This document shows, piece after piece, positions 30,110-41,096 of a stretch of 64,000 nucleotides of DNA (position 1 is the stretch's first letter; each line of letters starts with the position of its first letter). The notes beneath the pieces were generated by a model, which was given only the letters and a program-made list of their open reading frames with translations, did not search any database and was not told where the DNA came from. This stretch comes from an uncultured Thermoplasmata archaeon (GTDB taxonomy: Archaea; Thermoplasmatota; Thermoplasmata; RBG-16-68-12): contig CAVYJM010000015.1 of the NCBI GenBank assembly GCA_963768855.1, forward strand, positions 37,905 to 101,904. Direction: 5' to 3'. The position numbers and the translations under genes are program-made.

Positions 30110-30150
30110 GGAGGGCGGACCGCGACGGGCGTCCGCCCTCCCCTTTTTCT
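30110..30150 (+). terminator. GC hairpin plus U-tract downstream of the protease gene
   Basis: GGAGGGCGGAC (30110-30120) pairs with GTCCGCCCTCC (30131-30141), followed by CCTTTTTCT. Confidence 0.65.
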
Positions 30151-30369
30151 CTGAACTCCGGAGAACCCTTGTGGCGTTCCTGCGGTGAGGGATCCCCATC
30201 TCACCCTCCGAGACTAAACGTTTCAAGTCCCACGGTGCCCCTGCACAAGCCGCCCTTCTGATTCCCGCGGATCAGGCTCCCACCTCGCGGGCGCACAGGC
30301 CAGCGAGCGGTCGACAGACTTATGCTCCGTGAGACCCCTGTCACGAAATAGCAGAGTGAAGGGGGACAC

Positions 30370-30660
30370 ATGCCGCACTACGTGACCCTGGTCAAGTGGA
30401 CGGACCGGGGGTTGCAGGAGGTCATGGACGCGCCGCAGCGCTTCGCCGGCGTGATCAAGATGGTGGAGAACCTGGGCGGGAAGATCCAGATCTACTCGAC
30501 GATGGGGGAGTACGACTTCGTGGCCATCGCGGACGCGCCGAACGACGACGTCGCGATGCAGGCGGCGCTCCAGCTCGAGAGTGCAGGGAACGCGCGCACG
30601 GTCACCATGAAGGCGTGGACCCTCGACGAGGCCGCGAAGATCATCGCGAAGATCCAGTGA
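30370..30660 (+). CDS. GYD-domain protein
   Basis: Y..L.KWTDRG, STMGEYDFVAI, GNARTVTMKAW; 96 aa. Confidence 0.88.
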   Translation: MPHYVTLVKWTDRGLQEVMDAPQRFAGVIKMVENLGGKIQIYSTMGEYDFVAIADAPNDDVAMQAALQLESAGNARTVTMKAWTLDEAAKIIAKIQ

Positions 30661-30685
30661 GCGGCCGGAAGGGCGATGCGGCGCG

Positions 30686-31453
30686 CTAGGATGGACGGAG
30701 GGTCGCCTCGGCATCGTCCGTGACGACCGGCTTCAGCGGCGTCCCATCCCGACCGCACGCCGTTTCGCCGCCGAGGTACCAGCGGCCGCAGGCCGGGCAG
30801 AAGCGTCGGGCCGGCGTGGGTGGGGCCGGCGTCGGCACGGACGAATCCAGCCGGAGCTCGGGGTGGGGCGCAGCGGTGGTCGGGGTCAGGCCGGCGTTCA
30901 GCGCCCGGAGGTGGAGGGTGAGGGGGTCCTGGGTGATGAAGTGGGCCTCGGCCTTCCGGATCCAATCGTCCTCGCTCTCCCGTTTGAAGAACGGGATCAG
31001 GGCCACAAGGGAGGCCGTGATGCCCATCCACAGGCCGACCGACGGGCCGACGTACACGGTGCCCGCAGCCACCGTGAGGCTCCGAGGAAAGGAGAGAATC
31101 GCGATCACGCTCATCCCGGCGCCGAGGAGCATCGCCCACCCCGCCCAGCGGATCGACTCGAAGGTCTGGGCCAACACGAGGACGCAGCCCGAAGCGAACA
31201 GGATCGCGCCGATCGTCCAGACGCCCGCGCCGACGGCCGTCTGCACCGCCCACGTCTGGTAGGCCGGATCCGCCAGGGTGCGGGGATCCAGGGGCGTCAC
31301 GAGGCCGGCGAGCAGCTGCGCCGGGCTTTCGCCGCCAAAGACGTTGGAAGAGAAGACGGCACTGAATCCCACCCACGGGAGGAAGAAGCTGAGACCTCCC
31401 AGGGCGGCCGCGATCAGGGACCAGCGCACCTTCGGGGTGAAGTCGAGCGCCAT
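30686..31453 (-). CDS. Multi-pass membrane protein with C-terminal Zn ribbon
   Basis: Four hydrophobic helices; C-terminal RFCPACG...CGRDGTPL. Confidence 0.75.
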   Translation of the reverse strand: MALDFTPKVRWSLIAAALGGLSFFLPWVGFSAVFSSNVFGGESPAQLLAGLVTPLDPRTLADPAYQTWAVQTAVGAGVWTIGAILFASGCVLVLAQTFESIRWAGWAMLLGAGMSVIAILSFPRSLTVAAGTVYVGPSVGLWMGITASLVALIPFFKRESEDDWIRKAEAHFITQDPLTLHLRALNAGLTPTTAAPHPELRLDSSVPTPAPPTPARRFCPACGRWYLGGETACGRDGTPLKPVVTDDAEATLRPS

Positions 31454-31875
31454 ATCCGGCACCCTCCGCGCGGGTATCGAGCCGGCCCGCTCATAGAGGT
31501 TTGCGTCCGGGGCATCGAGGCACGCACACGTGGTGAGCCTCCGGCTCACGGGTTCGAAGGGGGCCGGGCCGTCCGGGGTCGCGGCTCTCCCTTTTCCGGT
31601 CTCGAAGGCGTTTGAGGCGAATCGACGCCCTCATGCCGCGGTCCTCCCGCCTCCGTTTGCGACGTCGACGGCCTTCCGGTCGCGGCAACGTCCGACCTTG
31701 GGCCTGCGGGGTGCGCGGGTCTTCCTTTGGGTCGCGGGCTAGGTTGGTCAGGAGTCGTTATCGGGTGTGCATCCGTCGCCGATTCGGCGCCGCGACCTGG
31801 GCGCCCGCCCTCCCGTCGAGACGCTCCGACGACGGCCCGGAGGGTTCATGCCCGCGGAGGTCCGATGCGGGGACC

Positions 31876-32202
31876 ATGGCCGAGACGAAGCGGGCGGCGA
31901 GGAGGAGTGGGCAAGGGAGGGGACCGGCCCGGGTGCCGGAGAACGCGATCGCGGTCCTCGAGACCGAGGCGCTGCGCGGGGCGATGTTCGGACAGGACCA
32001 GCTCGCGGACCGCCTGAAGAAGGCCGTGGAGGCCGTCCGGACGTCCATGGCGCGGGTCGAGCAGCTGGGGGACTACCGCCTCACCGAAATCGACCTCACC
32101 TGCTCGCTCAAGGCGGGGTTCGTGATCCTGGACGTGGAGGGGGGCCTCACGCTGACCTACACGATCCCGAGGCCGGCCGCGGGCGCGGGGCAGGACGCCT
32201 AG
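31876..32202 (+). CDS. Small Pepco/Trypco-like (peptidase-co-occurring) domain protein
   Basis: Helix LADRLKKAVEAVRTSMARVE, then GDYRLTEIDLTCSL..GF..VEGGLTLTY; pattern recalled for Trypco/Pepco domains. Confidence 0.5.
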   Translation: MAETKRAARRSGQGRGPARVPENAIAVLETEALRGAMFGQDQLADRLKKAVEAVRTSMARVEQLGDYRLTEIDLTCSLKAGFVILDVEGGLTLTYTIPRPAAGAGQDA

Positions 32203-32429
32203 CCACCCGCCGAAGCAGGGCGGGGGACCGTGGACCGGATCGCGTCCAGCGGGGCGAGCGAGGCCGAGCCCCCTGCCGGCGTTCCTCCTGGGGCAAAATC
32301 AAACATTCTAGGCAATACTTTTAAGCGTAGGACCTACTTTCGAGGCGCCTAAGAAGCGCTTTCCGGCCAGGGAACGGCCTAGTCCGCCTCAGGCCGGTGG
32401 CGTGTGCGAGGGATCGTACGGTCACGGAG

Positions 32430-33402
32430 ATGGCGCCGGAAGGGACCCGGGAAGCGGGGTCGAGGGCTGCGCCGAGGCTGCATGGCAGTGCGCCAGGCGT
32501 CGTGCTCAACGGCGCGAACGGAACGTCGCCGCGGGTCCTCGTGGCGATCCCCTGCCTGAACGAGGGCTCGACGATCGGGTCCGTGGTCCTCAAGGCGAGG
32601 CAGTACGCGGACGAGGTCGTCGTCGTGGACGACGGGTCCACGGACGACACGGCCGAGGTGGCGGAGCTGGCCGGGGCGAAGGTCCTGCGCCACGCACGGA
32701 ACCTGGGGAAGGGGATGGCGATCCGGACCGCGTGGCTGTACGCGCGGGAGGCGAGCCCGGTCGCGTTCGTGCTCATGGACGGGGACCACCAGCACCACGC
32801 GGAGGACATTCCGCGGCTGGCGGAGCGCGTGCTGGCGGACGAGGCGGACTTCGTGATCGGCGTGCGCTGGGGCAAGACGTCCGGGATGCCCATGTACCGC
32901 CGCGTCGGGAAGCGCGTGCTGGACTACGCGACGGCCGCGGGGGCGAAGAACGGGAGGCTGACGGACTCCCAGAGCGGGCTTCGCGGGTTCTCGAACGCGG
33001 CGCTGATCGCGATGGAGCCGACGGAGAACGGGCTGTCGATCGAATCACAGATGCTCCTGGAGGCCCAGGAGAAGGACCTGCGGATCGACGAGGTGAACGT
33101 GGACTTCCAGTACGATGTCGACGGATCCACGGTGTCGCCGGGCAGGCACGGGACGAGCGTCCTTGGGCCGCATCGTCACGCTGGTTTCGTGGAAGAGACC
33201 ACTGTTCTTCTTCGGAGTGTCGGGGGCTATCCTCGTGACTGTTGCAGCGGCGCTCGGTGCTGTGGTCCTGGGAACGTACAATGCCACAGGCAAACTGGCA
33301 ACCGGCTACACCTTCATTGTGGTCATGCTTGGCATCGTCGGTATCGTCTCCGTCTTCATCGGAATCACGCTCAACGCGATGAAGCACCTCGCGGCGAAGT
33401 GA
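32430..33402 (+). CDS. GT2 glycosyltransferase (Dol-P-sugar synthase-like) with C-terminal TM helices; +1 frameshift near 33165
   Basis: IPCLNE, VVVDDGSTD, MDGDHQH, DSQSGLR. Deleting one G at 33165-33167 joins it to the LGRIVTLVSWKRPL..TM frame ending at 33402. Confidence 0.85.
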
Positions 33403-33437
33403 TTAGTTCCCCGTCGGGGCGTTGCGCTTCAGCGGCA

Positions 33438-34637
33438 CTATGCGGGGTGGTCCGCAAGGTCCTTCAGATACCTCTCGAACGTATCAGTGATTGAGTTCCA
33501 GTCGTTGCCCGAAACGAAATCTCTCCCCGCTCTCCCGATCGACTCCAGACTCCCTTCGCGTGCGAGGTCGACCGCCTTCGAGACGACCCCCTCGGGACTG
33601 TCCACGTAGACCACTCCATGCCCCTCGCCGAACTCCTTCACCAACCCGGGGAGTCGAGTAGCGATGACGGGCTTGCCAGCCGCGAGGTATTCGTACATTT
33701 TGATCGGCACGATGTTGAGCATGGTCTCCGTCGCCTGGGCGGGCAACAGGCACACATCTGCCGCCGCGAGATAGGGGGGCACCTCGGCGTACGGCTGGAA
33801 CCCGACCAGCTTGATCCGGTCCCCTGCCTCTCGACTCTTGGCGAGCCTCGCCAACTCGTCCCAGGAATCCCCTTTTCCGACAACGAGGAGCTTCACACTG
33901 GCGTCGCGGCCTTCGCCGGCCGAAAGACTCTCCGCGACCTCTCGCAACCCAGAGAACGGGTAGACCCAACCCATGAAGAAGAGCACGAGGTCGGTAGTGG
34001 CCAAACCGAGCCGCTCGCGAATCGCAGGGCCACCCTCCGACTTGAGGTACCGCGGGAGATCGACCCCAGCTGGAAGGACCTTCGCTCGGTCGGGGGGCGC
34101 CCCCATCTCTACGGTGTACTCACGGAGGGCCTGATTGATCGAAAGGACGAGGGATGCGCTGCGGACGTTAGCTTGTTCGACCACCCGCGCAAGCCCTTGG
34201 AACGCCTGTTGCGGCACGAGGCGGTGGAGCTCGTCGATGAGGTAGTAGACGAAGGGAATTCTCGCCCTCCGTGCGAGTCGAATCCCCGCAAAGGCATTGA
34301 GCAACCCGAGGCCCACGACGATGTTGGGCTGGAACTCGCGGATTTGCTTCCGAATCTCGAACGCGTGCGTCACGAACGAAAAGACATAGTCGAAGGCCGG
34401 GAGATGAATCGCCGTGGGGCGCACGACCTCGATATCGGCTCCCTCGACGACCTTCGAAGGTGCGATCAGGACACGCCGAGGTGTAATTCGGCCGATTTCT
34501 GGACGTTCACGCCAGCCGATTTCGAAATCGACCACCCGAACCTGATGGCCGCGCTGGCGAAGCCTCTCGAGGAGGTGGTGGCTCTGATGCGGGCCCCGCT
34601 CAATCCAGTCCGATTCTTGAAGGACGAGTATTCTCAC
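33438..34637 (-). CDS. Glycosyltransferase family 4
   Basis: PAGVD, FMGW, VPIKMYEYLAAGKPVIAT. Confidence 0.92.
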   Translation of the reverse strand: MRILVLQESDWIERGPHQSHHLLERLRQRGHQVRVVDFEIGWRERPEIGRITPRRVLIAPSKVVEGADIEVVRPTAIHLPAFDYVFSFVTHAFEIRKQIREFQPNIVVGLGLLNAFAGIRLARRARIPFVYYLIDELHRLVPQQAFQGLARVVEQANVRSASLVLSINQALREYTVEMGAPPDRAKVLPAGVDLPRYLKSEGGPAIRERLGLATTDLVLFFMGWVYPFSGLREVAESLSAGEGRDASVKLLVVGKGDSWDELARLAKSREAGDRIKLVGFQPYAEVPPYLAAADVCLLPAQATETMLNIVPIKMYEYLAAGKPVIATRLPGLVKEFGEGHGVVYVDSPEGVVSKAVDLAREGSLESIGRAGRDFVSGNDWNSITDTFERYLKDLADHPA

Positions 34638-34686
34638 GCTGCACTACCCCAGATCCACATGCGCCACACGCAAGCACTCCAAGGGA

Positions 34687-34693
34687 TTTATAA
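34687..34693 (+). promoter_or_regulatory. TATA box in a divergent intergenic region
   Basis: TTTATAA 25 nt upstream of GTG 34718, the spacing expected for a leaderless archaeal transcript. Confidence 0.55.
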
Positions 34694-34717
34694 GTCCGTC
34701 CTCCATGCATCGGAACC

Positions 34718-35645
34718 GTGAGAATCCTGGTAACCGGCGGCCGCGGGACGATTGGCCGCCCTTTGGTGAGTGCGCTTGAGGAGGACGGTCACGAGGTCTG
34801 GGTTTGCGATCTCGGTCACGACCCTTCGCGACGATACTTCCGGTGCGATGTCGGAGAGTATCGCCAAATCGAACACGTCGTTGAGCGTGCCAGACCCGAT
34901 TTCGTCTACCATCTGGCTGCAGAGTTCGGACGCCGCAACGGGGAAGATTTCTATGAGACGCTGTGGCGGACCAATGCCATCGGCACGAAGAATATCCTGC
35001 GCCTGCAGGAGCAGCCATGGGTTCCGCATGGTCTTCGCATCCTCCTCGGAGATATACGGAGAGTACGGAGGCGTGATGTCCGGAGCCGGTCCCCGACCGG
35101 ATTCCCCTTCAACAACTCAACGACTACGCCATATCGAAATGGGTGAACGAGCTCCAAGTGCGCAATTCCGCGATGCGGTTTGGCACCGAGACCGTCCGCG
35201 TCCGGATTTTCAACACGTACGGCCCTGGGGAGTACTACTCACCGTACCGTTCCGTGGCCTGCATCTTCGTGTACCACGCGATGCACCGCAAGCCGTACGA
35301 TGTCTACCTGAACCACAAGCGCTCATCGACCTACATTGACGACACAATCGGGGCGCTTCGTGCCATCGCAGAGTCACTTCAAAGCAGGCGAGGTCTACAA
35401 CATCTGCGGCGACGAGTGCCACTCCATCAAACGGCTCTCCGATCTTGTCCTCAAGGAGACGGGTGCATCCAGAAAGCTCGCCCGCTATCCGGAAGGTCGA
35501 GGCATTCAACACCCTCGTCAAGAGGGGCGACAACCGGAAGGCCAAGCGAGACCTTCATTGGGCGCCTCGGGTTCGCCTCGAGGATGGAATACGACGGACC
35601 GTCGAGTGGCAGCGGGACGTCTACTTTGGGGGAAAGATGGCATGA
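34718..35645 (+). CDS. NAD-dependent nucleotide-sugar epimerase/dehydratase (extended SDR), split by four +1 frameshifts
   Basis: TGGRGTIG, YHLAAE, ASSSEIYG, YAISK, FNTYGPG, GEVYNI and LEDGIRRTVEW are collinear after removing single bases near 35015, 35082, 35374 and 35489. Confidence 0.8.
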
Positions 35646-36866
35646 GAACACGAGAAGATCGTCGTCCTCGGAACCGGGTATGTCGGTTTCCCGCTTGCTG
35701 TCGTCCTCGCTCGGTCGGGGTTCAAGGTCGTAGGCGTAGACATCCGAAAAGAAGTGGTGCGCGGAATCAACTCCGGAAACCTGCCCATCAAAGAGAAGGA
35801 CATCGAGACCATCTTCAAGGAACCGGCTGTCCGAGAGAACCTCATCGCATCGGAAGCCGTGGAAGATGGCGATGTCTACGTGATTTCCGTTCCCACACCG
35901 CTGGAGAAGCGAAGGAAAGTCGCGGATCTGAGCGCAGTCATTGCCGCGACGGAATCCATCGTTCCGCACCTGAAGAAGGGCAATCTTGTGATTCTTGAGA
36001 GCACGGTGCCGCCGCTCACATGCCGCGAGGTCCTTACGCCAATCATCGAGCAGCGAACAGGATTGCGAGTGAATGTGGACGTAGGTCTCGTGCATTGTCC
36101 AGAGCGGATTCTCCCTGGGAGGGTCTTTGAGGAGATCGTGAAAAACGACCGGGTCATCGGCTCCTTGTCCGAGGAGGCTCGGGAACGAGCGAAGGCCATC
36201 TATGGGACGTTCGTCAAGGGGAAGATCTTCCTTACGGACGACGTCACGGCTGAGCTCGTCAAGATCATGGAGAACACCTACCGGGATGTGAACATCGCGC
36301 TCGCGAACGAGTTCGCGATGGTAGCCCGGACCCTCGGTGTGGACGCCAACCGAGCCATTGAGATTGCCAACGCCCATCCACGGGTGGACATTCTGCGACC
36401 TGGAATCGGCGTTGGCGGCCACTGCATCCCCGTCGACCCCTGGTTCCTCACCGAGATCGACCCAGCAGATACGGAATTGATCACGACAGCGCGCCGCATC
36501 AACGACTCGATGCCACTGCGAACGGCAGCGATGCTGCGCGAGGCCGTCGCCGACCTTCCTGACCCAGAAATCGCCATCGTTGGTATGGCCTACAAAGCCG
36601 AAACCGACGATCTCCGAGAGAGCCCCGCCCTCCGTATCGCTGACCTCCTGAGAAGGGACGGCTACCATGTGCGACAATACGATCCGTTCGTTGGAGGACA
36701 CAGTTATCCGTCGCTAGTCGAAGCTGCAAAGGGAGCGGATCTGCTGGCGATTCTTGTCCCTCACGACATTGTAATGGAGGAGTTCCATGCCAAAGAGAGG
36801 AATATCAAGGCGGCCATGCACACACCCCGAATCATCACGTTCCATGCTGATGGCAAGTCTGCCTAG
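35642..36866 (+). CDS. UDP-N-acetylhexosamine (ManNAc/GlcNAc) 6-dehydrogenase, WecC/WbpO-like; +1 frameshift just after the ATG
   Basis: KIVVLGTGYVG, ISVPTP, ESTVPP, HCPER, ENTYRDVNIALANE, catalytic PGIGVGGHC, AYKAETDDLRESP. Confidence 0.88.
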
Positions 36867-36999
36867 GAAACCCGCAAACTCGTGGCGACAGTCCGCACAT
36901 CTCCGGGAACCATACTCTGATATAGCGAACGACAGTGTTCAGGAGGCGATCACAAGAAGGGACCGCCGTGTCGTGGAAGGCTAGGGGTGGTTGGCCGCT

Positions 37000-38184
37000 A
37001 TGCGCATCTTGCAAGTAGCGCCCTATTTCGCTCCGGCCTATGCGTATGGAGGCCCACCAGAGACAGTGCACAAACTCTCTAAGGCCCTAGCAGATCGAGG
37101 GCACGAAGTCTCTGTCCTCACAAGCGATGCTTTCTCTGCGACGGCGCGCCAGCCGGAAAGGCACAGTACCAATGACCTTGACGTCTACTACCTCAGGAAT
37201 CTCAGCAACTACCTGGCCTGGAAGCACCAGATGTTCCTTCCTTTGGGAACAAATGCATTCCTCCGGCGGCACGCAAGGGAATTCGACATAATCCACGTAC
37301 ACTCTTTCCGAACGTACCAGAACATAGTGGTCCGCCAGCATGCCCTCGGCGCAGGAATCCCATACATCCTTTCGGCTCATGGATCCGTGCCGAGAATCGT
37401 GCGGATGAAGCTAGTAAAGAGCCTATTCGACTCAATCGTAGGACAGGACGTTCTTGAGGATGCTGCTCACCTGATTGCAGTATCCAATGCGGAGCAGCAG
37501 CAGTACGAAACGATGGGCGTTCCTGCTTCGAAGATTGCGGTGATACCAAATGGAATTGACGCGGAGCAGTACTCCTCTTTGCCCCCCCGGGGAGCATTCT
37601 CCCGCCGGCATGGTTTGGACGGGAAGAAACTTGTCACCTACCTCGGTCGGCTTAATCCCCGAAAGGGCCTTGACACACTACTCAAGAGTGCACGGATGCT
37701 CGCGGACACGCGATCCGACTTCGTGTTGGTACTGGTTGGACCCGACGACGGATATCGCGGGAACGTTGAGAGATTGGCTAAGCGACTCTCGCTCCAGGAT
37801 CACGTCCTCCTCCCGGGACTGATTACCATGCCAGAGAAGCTCGAGGTCTTGGTCGATAGCGATGTGGTCGTCTATCCGGGGGCCTTCGAAATCTTCGGCC
37901 TTGTCCCTTTCGAGGCCCTCCTCTGCGGGCGACCAGTCGTAGTCGCTGATGACTCCGGATGTGGAGAGATTGTCAGGAGAGCACAAGGCGGCCTCACAGT
38001 TCCATATGGGAATCCGGACAGCTTGATGGCGGCCATTCAGCAGGCCCTGCAGAATCCCGAAGCGCTCCAGAAGATGACACAACGCGGGCGGACGTACGTC
38101 CTGGAGCAAATGAACTGGGGCCGCATCGCTGGTCAAACGGAAGAAGTGTATCGCGGCGCCATCAACGCCGCCTCTTCGAATTAG
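37000..38184 (+). CDS. Glycosyltransferase family 4
   Basis: YGGPP, IPNGID, YLGRLNPRKG, EIFGLVPFEALLCG. Confidence 0.92.
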   Translation: MRILQVAPYFAPAYAYGGPPETVHKLSKALADRGHEVSVLTSDAFSATARQPERHSTNDLDVYYLRNLSNYLAWKHQMFLPLGTNAFLRRHAREFDIIHVHSFRTYQNIVVRQHALGAGIPYILSAHGSVPRIVRMKLVKSLFDSIVGQDVLEDAAHLIAVSNAEQQQYETMGVPASKIAVIPNGIDAEQYSSLPPRGAFSRRHGLDGKKLVTYLGRLNPRKGLDTLLKSARMLADTRSDFVLVLVGPDDGYRGNVERLAKRLSLQDHVLLPGLITMPEKLEVLVDSDVVVYPGAFEIFGLVPFEALLCGRPVVVADDSGCGEIVRRAQGGLTVPYGNPDSLMAAIQQALQNPEALQKMTQRGRTYVLEQMNWGRIAGQTEEVYRGAINAASSN

Positions 38185-38247
38185 TGATCCACAATCACTG
38201 CTGCTGGGACGTGACATGACGCTGCCGAAATCTAGAGAGGCCGGTCG

Positions 38248-39426
38248 ATGCCTTCCCTCAATGTCCTGATGGTTACGCTCTCGTTCAGCCCGGGATCCGT
38301 CTCTCCGTATCCCGGAGTAAACCGCTATTCTATCTCCCTTGCGGAAGCTCTCCAAGCCAGAGGATGTCACATCCGCGTCGTCACGCCTCTTTTCAAGAAT
38401 ACTGCCTCCCGGGAGACATGGAACGGGATCGAGATTGCCCGCCTCCCAGACACAAAGACAGTATTCGGCAGTCTGGGGGTCCTTGCGGAGATGAACTTCG
38501 TCTCCTTCGAGCTGAACCTTCTGCGCCATCCCGAGCTGTTCGAGGACTGCCAGGTGTTGCAATCAGACATCCCCCTTACAAGGTTCCGAAGGAGCTGGGG
38601 AACGAGGCCGTATGTTGCTCTAGTGCATCATACGTATCGCATATGGACTGGACTTGACGTGTTGACGACGCCATTTGGCAGGCTGTATCAGCGGCGGGCG
38701 CTGCGGCAGGCAGACGCAGTCGTCGTGCATTCCTCGTCAGCCGGGAAAGACGTAGCAGATTCATATGGGGTTCCCAGGGATAGGATCCAGGTCATTCACC
38801 CCGGCGTTGACACAGACTTCTTTCACCCATGCGAGTCTCGGTCAGAAATGGCGGATCACCGCGGACCGAGCTTGGTGTACGTTGGCCTGCTCGAGCCCAG
38901 AAAGGGGGTCCACGACCTCCTTCCCATGTTCTCCATCGTTTCGAAAGCACTCCCCGATGCCAGACTAAGTGTAATCGGCGTGGGCCCGGAGGAGGAGGCA
39001 ATGAAGGCGGCCTGCCGTCGCGAGGGGCTGTCGGACCGAGTGGCATTCGAAGGAAAAGTGAGTGAAAACCGACTCCTGGCGGTCCTCAAGACTGCAGATG
39101 TCTTCGTATTCCCGTCGCAACAGGAAGGCTTCGGCCTGGCATGCGCTGAGGCGATGGCGTGCGGCAAGCCAGTCGTGGCTTATCGCAACCCAGTAAGTGA
39201 GGAAGTCATCGGAGAGGGAGGGGTGCTTGTCGCCAACCGAGACCTTGGAGCTTTCGCCGACGCAGTAATCCGACTCGCTGCCAATCCAGTCGAAGCCACC
39301 GGACTGGGGGAAAATGGCAGACTCAGGGTCATGAATTCCTTCAGTTGGGATGTAGCTGCCGCGGAGTACATCAGACTGTATGAGAGCCTTGTCGGGGTGA
39401 TGTCCACACAGTTGGAAGATATCTGA
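38248..39426 (+). CDS. Glycosyltransferase family 4
   Basis: PGVD, YVGLLEPRKG, PSQQEGFGLACAEAMACGKPVV. Confidence 0.92.
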   Translation: MPSLNVLMVTLSFSPGSVSPYPGVNRYSISLAEALQARGCHIRVVTPLFKNTASRETWNGIEIARLPDTKTVFGSLGVLAEMNFVSFELNLLRHPELFEDCQVLQSDIPLTRFRRSWGTRPYVALVHHTYRIWTGLDVLTTPFGRLYQRRALRQADAVVVHSSSAGKDVADSYGVPRDRIQVIHPGVDTDFFHPCESRSEMADHRGPSLVYVGLLEPRKGVHDLLPMFSIVSKALPDARLSVIGVGPEEEAMKAACRREGLSDRVAFEGKVSENRLLAVLKTADVFVFPSQQEGFGLACAEAMACGKPVVAYRNPVSEEVIGEGGVLVANRDLGAFADAVIRLAANPVEATGLGENGRLRVMNSFSWDVAAAEYIRLYESLVGVMSTQLEDI

Positions 39427-39966
39427 CGCTTGACCACACTTGTCCCCTCACGCTCGTCCTGCCGATCAAGGTGCGGCCGCGATGCTGACAAGACGTCTCC
39501 CAGCCTTGGAGGAGGCCCTCACACACGGAGCACGGGTACCCCGTCCACTGATTTCCGGTATTGACTCGAGATGGGGGGCGAACTCCGCCCACTCCAGAGA
39601 GAGAGCCTCGACAGCCAAGCCGAACGGGGAGGGCGACCTAGACTCGTCGGACCCTCTGCAATCACTCGTCTTCTCCATGAGGCTCAGGCGGCGGCTCCCT
39701 GGACCCGGCTACTCCGCGCCCTCTGGCGCACTCGGCGCGATCCTACAACCCGCATGCGTTGTCAGAGAACGCAACCATTAAGTAACGACCCAAGGGTTCC
39801 GGCCCCGACTCAGGGCCCACGGAGGTCGCGGGTCGCGAGAGTGCGTCACGACACGACCCGTGTGACCGAAGGGACTCACATGCTTGACCCGGGACCGCGC
39901 GAGATTCCGATATCCCCCGCCGCCGAGGGCGGCGCAGTCGGGATTCGCGGCGCCGCGGCCGGGGCC

Positions 39967-40839
39967 ATGCTGAGCGATAAGGAACATGAACTTGTCAGTG
40001 TCGTGATTCCATCTTACGGACGAGACGCCGTGCTGCAACGGCTAATCTCACGGATCTTGGACCAAAGCTTTCCCACGTTTGAAGTCGTCGTTGTTCACCA
40101 AGGTGAACATCCATTCACGGCCTCGAACGAAAAGGTACGGGTGATTAACTACAGCCACCCAATCGGATTGCCACTGGCGAGGAATGTGGGAATCGATGCA
40201 GCACGCGGAACGCACATTGCCTTCATCGACGATGATGCCTACCCCGAGAGTACGAATTGGCTAGCTGAGCTGGTCGCACCGTTTTCCGAAAGCAGCAGTA
40301 TTGGTGCGGTTGGCGGACGAGTTGTCCCACTGGGCCATCCGCCCGGCCGCGTCGTTGGCAATCGGAAACCGGTTGGCAGAATAGTCCGGAACTCGCTCGG
40401 CATGTACAAGATCATCGCGAACTTCGATCTCGAAGGGAGAACCGACGCGGACCATCTGCCGGGCGGCAACTTTGTCGTTGCCCGCCACGCTCTGGAGAGT
40501 CTCCGCCGCCCTTACTTCAACCCTGCTTTCATAGGGTTAAGCTACCGTGAAGAGACGGACTTTTTCCTCCGACTTCGAAAGAGCGGGTTCCGGCTGGTTC
40601 ATGCCGGGAACGGCACTGTCATTCACGAGGCGCTGCCGTATGGCGGTGTGCGCAAGCCGAGGGCGCTAGGGGCTTACTGGCACGGATACGGAGACGCCAT
40701 CCTATTCCGTAATGCCTTTTGGGACGGGACTCCCACTAGCACATTCAGATTTCTAGTCCAGGAAGGATTGCTCGATTGGACTCGATATCAACCGTCCAGG
40801 GTAGTCGGATGCATAGTGGGCTTGCGGCGCTCCCGCTGA
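39967..40839 (+). CDS. Glycosyltransferase family 2
   Basis: VSVVIPSY, ARNVG, FIDDD, GGNF, REETDF. Confidence 0.88.
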   Translation: MLSDKEHELVSVVIPSYGRDAVLQRLISRILDQSFPTFEVVVVHQGEHPFTASNEKVRVINYSHPIGLPLARNVGIDAARGTHIAFIDDDAYPESTNWLAELVAPFSESSSIGAVGGRVVPLGHPPGRVVGNRKPVGRIVRNSLGMYKIIANFDLEGRTDADHLPGGNFVVARHALESLRRPYFNPAFIGLSYREETDFFLRLRKSGFRLVHAGNGTVIHEALPYGGVRKPRALGAYWHGYGDAILFRNAFWDGTPTSTFRFLVQEGLLDWTRYQPSRVVGCIVGLRRSR

Positions 40840-41096
40840 AACTAGACGCGTGCTTAGCCTGACGTAGTCCGCCCGAGTTAGGATTCTGAAGACACGTCGC
40901 CACGCCCCCAAGGAATTCGACGGGAAGACTGCCCATTTCGCATCCGGGATCGACCACTAGCCCTCACTCAGGTGCAACTACTGCTAAAGTCGCTCAGTCC
41001 CCAGACACTGCAGACGGAGTTCGGGGACGCAACCATTGGGTAGCCTTGATTAGGCGGGTGGTGTTTGGGGCTCGCGGTAGAGACATCCGTTAGCGA

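Noticed and set aside
31670-31830. Possible seventh, very degenerate Zn-ribbon repeat copy (GCCTTCCGG, GCAACG..CGACC, CTAGGT fragments)
   Set aside because: The matching pieces are short and not collinear, and the GCGACGCCTGCCG core is missing. It cannot be separated from chance in GC-rich DNA without an HMM.
39571-39966. 132-codon N-terminal extension of the GT2
   Set aside because: Low-complexity Arg/Pro-rich translation; the GT2 fold begins right after ATG 39967.
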